Assembly (NCBI RefSeq): GCF_006345805.1 | Contig: NC_043015.1 | Location: 28,148,001-28,212,000, forward strand | Source of the DNA: Octopus sinensis | Lineage: Eukaryota | Direction: 5' to 3' | DNA: 64,000 nucleotides | Part shown: piece after piece, positions 49,082 through 61,034 of the stretch | How positions within the stretch are numbered: the first letter of the stretch is position 1 | How the letters are laid out: each line of letters starts with the position of its first letter | Translations under genes and position numbers: made by a program | The notes under the pieces: generated by a model | Told to the model about the DNA's origin: nothing | The model's input: only the letters and a program-made list of their open reading frames with translations | Database searches by the model: none

Positions 49082-49809
49082 CCATTGATGTTCTTCACAT
49101 CTTTTTTTTTCCCCCCGCAAGCTTTTGACATCGTAGAAGAGTTGTCGGTTTCCCTTATGTAGCATATGCGATTAACATGTGCTTCCTTCCTTGCGAGAAT
49201 CCGCCAGGATACGATCACATAATTACCCTTATTAATTAGTCTAAACCGAAGGTCTCTCCACATAAAAAAACTTCGACCAAATGTGTGGCTATCGCCCATA
49301 ATATGAGAAAGCTGATGTGGTGATAGCTATTATATTTCTTTAATAAAACTACGAACGATGTTTGTGGGGGACAAATATCTGGATGCTTAACCGCAGTTTA
49401 GCTTGTTAAATTATTCTGAGCTAACGAATAGAAATTGCATATAATTAATATTTAATATCATTAATATTTAAGTTGTCGTTTTCTTGCTTTGTTTTTTCTT
49501 ATGTGTTAAAAAAAAAAGTTCTTGTCTGAGGTTAATATTAATCGTGTATAAAATATATTTTAGTAAATCTTTAAATGATATCATACGAACTCATATAACA
49601 TTTTTGTTTTTTTGTTTGTCCTGTGTTGTCCCATTCTCTATAAGATCGTCCTGATCATAATAAAGATTTCATTAATATTATTTAAGTTGTACGATTAAGT
49701 TTCTGTTGCGATTGGATGGTTGTTGCTATTCGATGCTATTTATTTGAAGTTTCACCAAACTACAGTGGAAGAGTTTATCATTCATTCATACAACAAAAAG
49801 TATAAATTA

Positions 49810-50229
49810 GGCAGCAGGAGTGGCTGTGTGGTAAGTAGCTTGCTAACCAACCACATGGTTCCGGGTTCAGTCCCACTGCGTGGCATCTTGGGCAAGTGTC
49901 TTTTGCTATAGCCCCGGGCCGACCAATGCCTTGTGAGTGGATTTGGTAGACGGAAACTGAAAAGAAGTCCGTCGTATATATGTATGTATATATATATATG
50001 TATGTGTGTGTTTGTGTGTCTGTGTTTGTCCCCCTAGCATTGCTTGACAACCGATGCTGGTGTGTTTACATCCCCGTCACTTAGCGGTTCGGCAAAAGAG
50101 ACCGATAGAATAAGTACTGGGCTTACAAAGAATAAGTCCCAGGGTCGATTTGCTCGACTAAAAGGTGGTGCTCCAGCATGGCCGCAGTCAAATGACTGAA
50201 ACAAGTAAAAGAGTAAAGAGTAAAAGAGT
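49810..50229 (+). mobile_element. SINE-A full copy (CMSS1 intron 1)
   Basis: Consensus match. Confidence 0.9.
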
Positions 50230-50454
50230 AGTGTAAAATGAGACAAAAGCGGCCCGATTAATTTTACGTATCAAAAGTAAAAGGGACAAAAAGCATGTAC
50301 TTCGTTTCGGTACATACGTTGCTATAAGACTGTATATATGTTTTAACTTTCAATTTTGCTTGATTTTCAGTAACTTGTTATTATAGGAATAAAAATAACC
50401 CATAAGCTTTCCGACTCTGACCATCCAGTCATCTATATGCAATATATATATATA

Positions 50455-50615
50455 TGAGTGGCTGTGTGGTAAGTAGCTTGTTTACCAACCACATGGTTCC
50501 GGGTTCAGTCCCACTGCGTGGCATCTTGGGCAAGTGTCTTCTACTATAGCCTCGGGCCGACCAAGCCTTGTGAGTGGATTTGGTAGACGGAAACTGAAAG
50601 AAGCCCGTCGTATAT

Positions 50616-50660
<45 letters not shown>

Positions 50661-50857
50661 CTATGTTTGTCCCCCTAGCATTGCTTGACAACCGATGCTG
50701 GTGTGTTTATGTCCCCGTTACTTAGCGGTTCGGCAAAAGAGACCGATAGAATAAGTACTGGGCTTACAAAAGAATAAGTCCCGGGATCGAGTTGCTCGAT
50801 TAAAATGCGGTGCTCCAGCATGGCCACAGTCAAATGACTGAAACAAGTAAAAGAGTA
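50455..50857 (+). mobile_element. SINE-A full copy (CMSS1 intron 1)
   Basis: Consensus match. Confidence 0.9.
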
Positions 50858-50922
50858 ATATATATTTTGTTTATTTCCGTAAAGCTGCCTTCGTCTTTTG
50901 TCTATTTTCATAAAGCTTCCCG

Positions 50923-50965
<43 letters not shown>

Positions 50966-51129
50966 TAAGATATATCGTTATATATACCACATTTTAACGT
51001 GTATAAGGAACCCCCTAATTTTAGGGACTTGAAATTTGGAAAAAAAGGTTTTGTAAGGGATTATAATACTATCTATGTATAAGAAACTCCCATATTTTTT
51101 AACCTAAATTTTGATAAAAAAGGGTTCCT

Positions 51130-51525
51130 TGATGCGAGACCTGGACACTAAAGAAAGCTGACCAGAAGAGAATCAATGCATTCGAGGTTTGGTTTTGGAG
51201 AAAACTTTTACGGATTCCATGGACAGCGAGGCTCACCAATGGAGAAGTTCTTAACCTGGTCAAGCCGAAACTGTCGCTAGAAGCTAGGATCACCAAGCAT
51301 AGATTGGCATATTATGCGGAGAAAATCCCTGGTGAAGGACATCATGCTTGGAATGGTCAGTGGCAAGAGAGGAAGAGGCCGACCAAGAACCCGCTGGCTT
51401 GACACCATCAAGAGTGACACGGGAATGGCTATAGCCAATCTGAAAGAAACGACCCAGGATAGAACTGGCTGAAGAACACTGATCCATCGAGTAACTGAGA
51501 GTCGACTTCAACTGAGCCGATAGAT
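51130..51525 (+). mobile_element. RTE/BovB-like LINE 3' end fragment
   Basis: KADQKRINAFEVWFWRKLLRIPWTARLTN, IMLGMVSGKRGRGRPRTRWLDTIK; ends GAGAGTCGACTTCAACTGAGCC + (GATA)n. Confidence 0.85.
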
Positions 51526-51828
51526 AGATAGATATACACGTTAAAATACGGTATATATTTATGTGTTTGTGTGTGTAATGTCCGTTTTCCATGCGGGCAT
51601 AGGTTGATTGGTTTCACAGGAACTGGCAAGTCAGAAGACCAAACTCTGCTGTCTTTGGCATGGTTTCTATGGCTAGGCACCCTTACTAACACCAACCACT
51701 TTGCAGAGTGTACTGGGTGCATTTTACATCACACCAGCTACAGGGAGGTCACCAAGTAACTTGCAGTACAAGACCCCTCAGTTGGGTCGAAAGTAGTTTT
51801 AAAAGGGACAATATATATACACATTCAT

Positions 51829-52169
51829 GTGAAGGCACATGGCTCAGTGGTTAGAGCGTTGAGCTTACGATCGTAAGGTTGCGAGCTCAAACCCCGGACC
51901 GGGCTGTGTGTTGTGTTCTTGAGCAAGACACTTTATTTCACGTTGCTCCAGTTCACTCAGCTGTAGAAATGAGTTGCGACGTCACAAGTGCCAAGCTATA
52001 TTGGTCTTTGCCTTTCCCTTGGATAACATCGGTGGCTTGGAGAGGAGAGGCCAGAATGCATGGGCGACTGCTGGCCTTCCGTAAGCATCCTTGCCCAGAC
52101 TTGTGCCTGAGAGGGTAACTTCCTAGGTGCAATCCCATGGTCTGTGTCATGACCGAAGGGGGTCTCAGA
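51829..52169 (+). mobile_element. SINE-E (tRNA-derived head GTGAAGGCACATGGCTCAGTGGTTAGAGCG)
   Basis: A/B-box-like head; 14-bp TSD ATATACACATTCAT at 51815-51828 and 52170-52183. Confidence 0.85.
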
Positions 52170-52849
52170 ATATACACATTCATACATGAAAGTATTCTTT
52201 CTGTTTATGATCACAAATTGAAGGTGAAAAATTATTGTAAGCAAGCAGCATTAAAAAAACTTGAAATTTTTTAAAAAATTTTCAAAGTTGTCATAAAAGC
52301 ACCCACTACACTCTTGGAGTGGTTGGCGTTAGGAAGGGCATCAAGCTGTAGAAACTCTGCCAGATCAGACTGAAGTCTGGTTCGGTCCCACTACGTGGCA
52401 CCTTGGACATGTATTGTCTACTAAAGCCTCAAATCAACTAAAGTGTTGTGAGTGGATTTAGTAGACAGAAACTGAAAGAAGCCCATCATATATATATATA
52501 TATATATATATTGTCATTATTATCATCATATGTTTGTTTTCCATGCTGGCATGGGTTGGGCGATTTCACTGGAAACTGGTTAGCTGGGGAGCTGCACCAG
52601 GTTCCAATCTGATTTGGCCTTCCTAAAACCAACCTCAAGAGTGTAGTGGGTGCTCTTTGTGTGCAATTGGCACAGGTGCCAGTTATGAAACACCAGCATC
52701 AACCACGACAGTATATGTGTGTGTGTGTATGCATGTGTCTCTGTCTTCTACCACTGCTTGACAATCAGTGTTGGTGTGTTTACATCCCTGTAACTTAGCA
52801 GTTTGGCAAAAGGGGCTGATAGAATAAGTACTAGGCTTTAAAAAAACCA

Positions 52850-53062
52850 CGTGACTGGGCCTCATGCTGGTAGCATGTAAAAGCACCCGCTACACTCTCG
52901 GAGTGGTTGGCATTAGGAAGGGAATCCAGCTGTAGAAACTCTGCCAGATCAAGATTGGAGTCTGGTGCAGCCATCTGGTTCGCCAGCCCTGAATCAAAAT
53001 CATCCAACCCATGCTAGCATGGAAAGCGGACGTTAAACGATGTTGATGATGATGATGATGAA
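52850..53062 (+). mobile_element. Family C 3' fragment
   Basis: Consensus match with (GAT)n tail. Confidence 0.8.
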
Positions 53063-53149
53063 GTACAAGAGTCAATTCATTCGGACTAAAATTCTTCAAG
53101 GCAGTGCCCCAGCATGGCCGCAGTCTAATGACTGAAACAAGTAAAAGAT

Positions 53150-53555
53150 AGGAGTGGCTGTGTGGTAAGTAGCTTGCTAACCAGCCACATGGTTCCGGGT
53201 TCAGTCCCACTGTGTGGCATCTTGGGCAAGTGTCTTCTGCTATAGCCCCGGGCCGACCAATGCCTTGTGAGTGGATTTGGTAGACGGAAACTGAAAGAAG
53301 CCTGTCGTATATATGTATATATATATGTATGCGCGTGTATGTTTGTGTGTCTGTGTTTGTCCCCCTAGCATTGCTTGACAACCGATGCTGATGTGTTTAC
53401 GTCCCCGTCACTTAGCGGTTCGGCAAAAGAGACCGATAGAATAAGTACTGGGCTTACAAAGAATAAGTCCCGGGGTCGATTTGCTCGACTAAAGGCGGTG
53501 CTCCAGCATGGCCACAGTCAAATGACTGAAACAAGTAAAAGAGTAAAAGAGTAAG
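53150..53555 (+). mobile_element. SINE-A full copy (CMSS1 intron 1)
   Basis: Consensus match. Confidence 0.9.
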
Positions 53556-54129
53556 AGATCTACCAGGTTATTTTTAACATATTGTATGATGATAATAGAT
53601 GTTCAAAGTCAGCACACTAATTTGCATTCTAGAAATCTGCTCAAGTTCTTTGATGATATGAAAGATCCATCCGGTTCTCATAATATATATTCTGGAACTT
53701 ATTTTTATCACTTTTCAATACCATGGCATTTTAGTCACATTGTTTGTTATTGATCTGCCAAATCTGTGTCAGGACCGATTTTATGAATATTACGATTGTC
53801 GTCATCATTACCATCAACTTACGTAACTCTTTAGTCATGCTGTTTGTCAGCTGGTTAGATACAGCAAGTTCAAACCAGTTGAACATGAAGTTTTCAAGGT
53901 AACAAATTACTTAATTACGGAAACTTCTGTGATCTGTGACAAATTGATTTCTTTTGTTCAGTGTTAGCTTTGTTCCATTGAGTTCAGAGGAGAGTGCTTC
54001 CTCTCTGCTTCTAAGTAGTGGTTTCTTCACAATGTACTTGGCATTTTTTTTTTATATAGAACCTGAATTTCTGGTGTAAGTGTTGAGACACAATTTCCTA
54101 ATGACTGACAAGAATATCTCCATATATTT

Positions 54130-54415
54130 TATCAACTGTGTCTTGGTGCTTGAGGAGACCTATTGAGTCAAATACATCAACATCAAAATAAAAATCAAAT
54201 GGAAATTGTAGTTGTGATACCTGTGCTGGTGGCACGTAAAATGCACTAATCCGATCATGGCCGTTGCCAACCTCACCTGGCACCTGTGCAGGTGGCACAT
54301 AAAAAGCACCCACTACACTCACAGAGTGGTTGGCATTAGGAAGGGCATCCAGTTGTAGAAATACTGCCAGATCAGATTGGAGCCTGCTGCAGCCTCCTGG
54401 CTTCCCAGACTTCTG
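54130..54415 (+). mobile_element. Family C fragment
   Basis: Module array plus AGGAAGGGCATCC core. Confidence 0.8.
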
Positions 54416-54507
54416 TGACTGTTTTGCCTGGATTTTTATGGCTGGATGCCCTTCCTAACACCGACCACTCAGTAATGAAAGGGTTAGAATTATGAAGGGA
54501 GGTTTAA

Positions 54508-54716
54508 CCGTTTGGCATTTAAAACAGTCATATCTGGCCCAAATATTCAAACTTGCCAGATCTCACCTCTCTCACACCTATCCTACAATATCATTCTCTA
54601 AAAATAAACAGTCACATCATTGAAATCTTGATGCTACAAGATAATGCATCATCAATTCAAAACAATGTGAATAAATTAAGCATCATATTTGACAGAGTAA
54701 TGTGAATGATAAAGGA
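54508..54716. mobile_element. piggyBac-type MITE, family 2
   Basis: TTAA-flanked; homologous to the reverse complement of 56195-56398. Confidence 0.7.
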
Positions 54717-54774
54717 TTAAGCACGGTTTCACCCGGTCTGTTTGGATGATGTGGCTGTGACCGTTTTTTGGTTG

Positions 54775-55001
54775 GACATAATCTATAACAGCGTTTCTCA
54801 AACTTATTCTGTCAAAAGTAATGTTTGTTTATTCACATTGTTTTGAATGGATCATGCATTATCTTGTAGCTTTGAGATGAGGTAGCTGTTAATTTTTAAA
54901 ACGATATTGTAGGGTTGGTGTGAGAGACCAGATCTGGCCAGTTTGAACATAAGAGAAGTAGAATATTTTGACCGGATATGGCCACTTCAAATGCTAAAGG
55001 G
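54775..55001. mobile_element. piggyBac-type MITE, family 2 (inverted relative to 54508-54716)
   Basis: Shares TTATTCTGTCAAA...GCATTATCTTGTAG...CCGGATATGGCC...GCTAAAGGG with 56195-56398. Confidence 0.7.
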
Positions 55002-55353
55002 TTGAACTTAAATATGAGAGCAGTGGACAAGATTAGCCACGTGGACAAGAATTTCTCTTCATAATCATGTGGTTTCAAGTTTGGTCCCGTTGGTTGACAC
55101 CAGTGCTTTGTGAGTAAATTTAGTTCTATAGAAAGCACATTATACTGCTTTATTTATATTTTTAAAAAGCCTGCTGGCTTTTTGTAACATCGGTGACTGA
55201 AAAGTCAGTGTGAGTCTATATATTGTTGCCAGTGAGATTTGGCTGCTATGAAGGACCGGGTGCCTGCCACCAAGGAGGTGCAGTATGCTGAAATTACATG
55301 ATCCAATAGATCTGGCACTCGTACCAGACAGTTCTTGTCTGCTATGATATATA

Positions 55354-55594
55354 TACCTATTTCTTTACTACCCACAAGGTTGCTAAACACAGAGGGGACA
55401 AAGAAGGACAGACAAATGGATTAAGTCGATTACATCGACCCCAGTGCGTAACTGGTACTTAATTTATCGACCCCGAAAGGATGAAAGGCAAAGTCGAATT
55501 CGGCGGAATTTGAACTCAGAATGTAACGGCAGACGAAATGCGGCTACGCATTTCGCCCGGCATGCTAACGTTTCTGCCAGCTCGCCGCCTTATA
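55354..55594 (-). mobile_element. SINE-B full copy in CMSS1 intron 1
   Basis: Consensus match; TGCTATGATATATA duplicated at 55340-55353 and 55595-55608. Confidence 0.92.
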
Positions 55595-56194
55595 TGCTAT
55601 GATATATACCTGTGCCCTTAGCACCATATGTCAATACGAAAGGACCTTTCAAGGCGAATACCACTGTATTCAATGTTCTGATAATACATTTACTTTAAGT
55701 AGAATATGAAGATTGCCATATGTGTATTTGTTTATGTTTGTGTGTAGAGAGTGGATGGAACTTGCAGACAAAGTACTGAGGGACAATGTCAGGTCACTGC
55801 ATTTTTCAGATGAAATGACAAAGAACCAGGATGTCTGGGACCTTGCTGTACTTGAGAAGACCCATCCTCCACAGCAGAAGCATTAAGGCCATTCCCCTTG
55901 GTGAAGAGGATTGGCCTACAAGAGTCCTGTGCTGGTGCCACGTAAAAAGTGGCTGTGCCAGTGCCACAGTCAAAGCACCCAGAACACACTGTGTAAAGGG
56001 GTTGGCGTTAGGACCTGGTGCAGCTCTCTGGCTTGCCAGCTCTGTTCAAACTGTCCAACCCATGCCAGCACGGAAAACGGACTTTAAAGGATGTATAAGT
56101 GTATGAATGTTGACGTCCCATGGCTGCTTTAGTGAAATAGTGATTTGATGCTTATACTCCTTATTAACACTTTGACCTGTCACTCTGGTTTTAA

Positions 56195-56398
56195 CCCTTT
56201 TGTATTCAGATTATTCTGTCAAATGTGATGTTTGTTTATCTATGTTGTTTTGAATTAATCCTGCATTATCTTGTAGTTTAGAGATTGCAGTGATGTGGTC
56301 CTTTTAGTTTTAGAATGACATGGTAGGGCTGAAGTCAGTTTCAATATAAAACTGGTTAAATATTCTGGCCGGATATGGCCGGTTTGAATGCTAAAGGG
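56195..56398. mobile_element. piggyBac-type MITE, family 2
   Basis: TTAA|CCCTTT ... AAAGGG|TTAA. Confidence 0.8.
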
Positions 56399-56554
56399 TT
56401 AAACACCTGTGGAATAATAAGTCCTCTACTTGAAGAGCAGGTGTGGGCTAATGACAGGAAGAACATCCAGCTGTAAAATCCTGTTTCACATACATGCCTA
56501 CTTAACCGAGGTTACCATGCCTACTTAACTGGCCATTGAACAAAGCATAATTTT

Positions 56555-56775
56555 CATCATCATCTTCATCGTTTAGCGTCCGCTTTCCATGCAAGCATGG
56601 GTTGGACAATTTTGACTGAGGGCTGGCGAATCAGATGGCTGCACCAGGCTCCAATCTTGATCTGGCAGAGTTTCTACAGCTGGATGCCCTTCCTAACACC
56701 AATCACTCCGAGAGTGTAGTGGGTGCCACCGGCACGGGGGCCAGTCAGGCGGTATTGGCAATGACCTTGCTCGAA
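56555..56775 (-). mobile_element. Family C 3' fragment
   Basis: Reverse complement of the consensus. Confidence 0.8.
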
Positions 56776-57264
56776 TGGCAGGTCAATTTTAGCAATAAAA
56801 TATATTCGTACTCTTGCAATACAGTGTATATTAGAACTAAACGTATTTTCTACTGAAATTTTATCTCTAGTATATAAAATTAGTAATATTGTTTTTCTCT
56901 TAGATTGCCAAAAGCAGTTTTCAGAAGCAAAATCAGTGAGATGACATTTAGAATACAAGCAATAAGCAGTGATAGATGACGCAGATACACCACACCACCA
57001 CCATCATCACTACCATCATCATCATCATTATCTAATATCCATGTTCATGCTGGCATGGGTTAGATGGGTTGATGTATTGGGCCCCAGAGACCAGCGTCAT
57101 GCTCTAATGTCTGCCTTTGCATGGTTTCTGCTGAAATACCCTTTTGTGCTATGGATTTATACATGTGGTTAGATGTCTGTGTGTGTGTGTGTGTGCATGC
57201 ATTTACATTCTACTTTCTTGCACAAAAAGCATTAAGCAAGAAAGTACTCATGCTTGTTGAAATA

Positions 57265-57995
57265 CCTTGCTTACCAACCTCATGATTCCGGGTTCAGTCC
57301 CACTGCGTGGCACCTTGGGCAAGTGACTTCTACTGTAGCCTCGGGCTGACCAAAGCCTTGTGAGTGGATTTGGTAGACGGAAACTGAAAGAAGCCCGTCG
57401 TGTGTGTATGTATATATTATATATATATATATAGGCACAGGAGTGGCTGTGTGGTAAGTAGCTTGCTTACCAACCTCATGATTCCGGGTTCAGTCCCACT
57501 GCGTGGCACCTTGGGCAAGTGTCTTCTACTATAGCCTCGGGCCGACCAAAGCCTTGTGAGTGGATTTGGTAGACGGAAACTGAAAGAAGCCCGTCGTGTG
57601 TGTATGTATATATTATATATATATATAGGCACAGGAGTGGCTGTGTGGTAAGTAGCTTGCTTACCAACCTCATGATTCCGGGTTCAGTCCCACTGCGTGG
57701 CACCTTGGGCAAGTGTCTTCTATGTAGCCTCGGGCCGACCAAAGCCTTGTGAGTGGATTTGGTAGACGGAAACTGAAAGAAGCCCGTCGTATATATATAT
57801 ATATGTGTGTGTATGTTTGTGTCTGTGTTTGTTGTGTTTACGTCCCCGTAACTTAGCGGTTCAGCAAAAGAGACCGATAGAATAAGTACTAGGCTTACAA
57901 AGAATAAGTCCTGGGGTCGATTTGCTCGACCAAAGGCGGTGCTCCAGCATGGCCACAGTCAAATGACTGAAACAAGTAAAAGAGTAAAAGAGTAA
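57265..57995 (+). mobile_element. SINE-A with a triplicated 5' half
   Basis: Three near-identical heads sharing a local CCAACCTCATGATT variant, joined through (TA)n; one 3' half. Confidence 0.9.
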
Positions 57996-59282
57996 GAAAA
58001 AAAATCATCCTGACAAATGGGTGGAGGGGAAGAGTCCATTAATCAATTAAAAAAAACAGGTGTGGGTTTTTGACAGAAAAATCATCAACCTGTAAAATAG
58101 GGTCTCAGTAATTAATAAACACTATAGTCAATCATTGAAAAATAAAAAAGGCTTTTCTCCTTAATCTAAAATCACAAAATCCTTGTTTGACATGATAAAA
58201 CATAAAGTGATGTTTGAGTAGATTATAAAAGTTAAATTCTTTTTTTTTTTTGGTGGGGTTTTCCATTTTATTATTATTATTGTTATTGTTGTTGTTATTA
58301 TTATTATTATTTGAAGTAGGGGGTTATAAATCCTTTATTATAACCAGCTTGGGCTTTGTTTTTCTATTTATTTTTTAATTAGCCAAAACTAATTACTGTG
58401 GCGTTACTTTAAGTTAATTCTATTGGACAACATGTATGTTTCACATAAGAAGTGATGCAGTTCTGAAAGCTGCGTGAAAAAGCAATTTTATTTAATTATT
58501 CTTAATTGGAAAAAAGGAAAAACAAAGAGGATACCTAGTAGTAATTTTAAGTGACCCTCCAAGAAAAATGGAGAGACAATTTCAAGAAGTTAAAAATTGA
58601 TTTCACAAAATTAATGTTAAGGGGGAAAACCTCATCTTTGTTAGCAGGTATATACATATATATGACGGGCTTCTTTCAGTTTCCATCTACCAAATCCACT
58701 CATAAGGCTTTGGTCGGCCCGAGGCTATAGTAGAAGACACTTGCCCAAGTTGCCACGCAGTGGGACTGAACCCGGAGCCATGTGGTTGGTAAGCAAGCTA
58801 CCTACCACACAGCTGCATTTAACATACAAACAAGTTGTTTTTATTTGATGAAAATTTAAGTTAGTTGTAAAGGAGAAAAAAAAAAGGGGGGGTGATTTGA
58901 AAGTTATGATTTGTTGAAGGAGATATGGCTGCTATTTCTAACAGGCTGAGAGACCATATAAGCTATGTAGTTAACATAGTGGGCATAAAGCAAAGAAAAG
59001 AATATGAAAAGTGAAGGCATCTAGTGTAGTGTGAAACTTGAGGGTGTTTTTTTTTCTTTTTCAGTCTTGCAAGTTAATTGGTGACATCACAAGGGTCAGG
59101 GCTATGAAAAAAAGCACCCGGTATATTCTGTAAAATGGTTGGCATTAGGAAGGGCATCCGGCTGTAGCAAGAATGCAAAAGCAGACATTGGAACTTGATG
59201 TAGTCCACCCAGCTTGTTGGATCCTACTGAATTATCCAACCCATGCCAACATGGAAGATCGACATTAAATGATGATGATGAT

Positions 59283-59590
59283 CATCATCATCATCATTTA
59301 ACGTCCACTTTCCATGCTAGCATGGGTTGGACGATTTGACAGGTCTGGCGAACCAGATGGCTGCACCAGACTCCAATCTGATCTGGCAGAGTTTCTACAG
59401 CTGGATACCCTTCCTAATGTCAACCAATCCAAGAGTGTAATGGGTGCTTTTACGTGCCACCGGCACAGGGGCTAGTTTGGTGGTACTGGCAACGGCCACG
59501 CCCAAATGGTGCTTTTTATGTGCCACCTGCACAGGAGCCAGTCCAGCGGCACTGGCGACGACCTCACTCGAATGTTTCACGTGCCATCAG
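59283..59590 (-). mobile_element. Family C fragment, tail-to-tail with an older + copy (about 59100-59280)
   Basis: (GAT)n/(ATC)n tails abut at about 59280. Confidence 0.8.
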
Positions 59591-60209
59591 TACTGTCATC
59601 AATAAATCTGTAGCCTTCTGATAATGTTGGAAATTTGTATGAATTCAACACAAGCTGTTATTTCTTTTTGCTTACTTAAAGCTTGTGTGGTTAAGAAGTT
59701 TGCCTGCCAATCACATGGTTCTGGGTTCAGTCCCACTGCATGGCTCCTTGAGCAAGTGTCTTCTTCAATAGTCCCAGGTGAAACAAAACCTTTCAAGTGG
59801 ATTTTCTAATGGAAACTGAAAGAAACCTATCATGTGTGTGTGTGTGTCTGTATCACTTTGTCTTGACATCACATGATTGTTGTAAATGAATGTCCTTCAT
59901 TTCCATTATGTTGCGATGACATTGTCTAGCCAAGGGAAAATATTGCTTTATTACCCCAGCTTAGAAACATGTAGGGTGTTGGCAATAGGAACAACACTTG
60001 GTCATGGGAAATCTGACAATCTTAGAAACAGGTAGGAACAGCATTTGGTCATGGAAAATCTGACAATCTAACCCAATAAATTTCGTCTGTTAGCATGGAA
60101 AAGTGAACATTAAAACGGTAAAGGTTAGCAATGGGAAGGGTATTTGGTTATCGAAAATCTGATTCTGATAATCTGACTCCATAAACTCTTGGAAAAGTGG
60201 ACATTACAA

Positions 60210-60238
60210 CGATGATGATGATGATGATGATGGTGAAG

Positions 60239-60270
<32 letters not shown>

Positions 60271-60380
60271 GATGATGATGATGGATGGTGATGGTGATGA
60301 TGATGATGATGATGGATGGTGATGGTGATGATGATGATGGTGATGGTGATGATGATGATGGTGATGGTGGTGGTGGTGGT
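60210..60380. repeat. (GAT)n/(GGT)n tract
   Basis: Directly visible. Confidence 0.9.
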
Positions 60381-60834
60381 TTTAAGTGAGCTGTCTCTTT
60401 ATTTTATACTTTGTAATATAATTTTTATTTTTTATTTTTAGGATATTACTAAATTGATTGCTTCATTTTATACTTTTCTTGGCTTACCTCTTCCACTGAT
60501 TAACTTATTTCAATTCTATCAATATTCACAATAATTTCACTATCCATTCTCTGCAGACATCGGTATCATTTCAGAACTGTCTGTTACTAACAGCATTTTG
60601 ATGCCTTTTATATATTTTATTTCTTTTCGCTATTATTATTATTAATTCTAAATATAGCCAACCCTTTCGAGCTTGCATAAGCAATCTAGTGAATTAGTCA
60701 CTTCCATACTTACGTGGCTTTTTTTTGTTTTTTTTTTTCCATTTTTTTTTTTTGTGTGTGTGTGTAGCTGTGTAACTCTGACTCATTTTAACATTTTTTT
60801 TGTGTCTGAAAGATTTTTCTCCCTTTTATTTCAG

Positions 60835-60941
60835 TTGTAAAACTAACTGAAGATGAAGCGAAAGAGAACGAAAAAGATGTTCCTGCTAAAAGGAAGCTGA
60901 AAGAATCTTCAAATAGTAGCAAGAAAAGGAGATGGAAAAGG
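60835..60941 (+). CDS. CMSS1: CMSS1-like protein, coding exon 2 ((F)VKLTEDEAKENEKDVPAKRKLKESSNSSKKRRWKR)
   Basis: Pyrimidine tract plus TTTCAG acceptor ending at 60834; GTAAAA donor at 60942. 107 nt, open in exactly the phase needed to join exon 1. Acidic then K/R-rich, like the CMSS1 N-terminal region. No phase-0 exon 3 found before 64000. Confidence 0.7.
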
Positions 60942-61034
60942 GTAAAAAAAATTTTTTTTTATTTTCAGAAATCATCTGAACAAAAGGAAAGCCAAAAAAA
61001 AAAAGCATTAAAAAAAATTATTTGAACCATATTC

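Noticed and set aside
48354-49299. Minus-strand ORFs (108 aa and 92 aa) overlapping the CMSS1 start as a divergent or antisense gene
   Set aside because: No motif or splice support; one runs into the MULE MITE; best explained as chance ORFs.
50995-51130. CGTGTATAAGGAACCCCCTAATTTTAGG, resembling a Tc/mariner-pogo MITE end
   Set aside because: Only one degenerate end is visible and the segment is interrupted by the RTE fragment, too weak to call.
53800-53950. Possible nested or alternative exon in CMSS1 intron 1
   Set aside because: Minus-strand frames after the acceptor all hit stops; the plus-strand frame lacks a good acceptor and any CMSS1 similarity.
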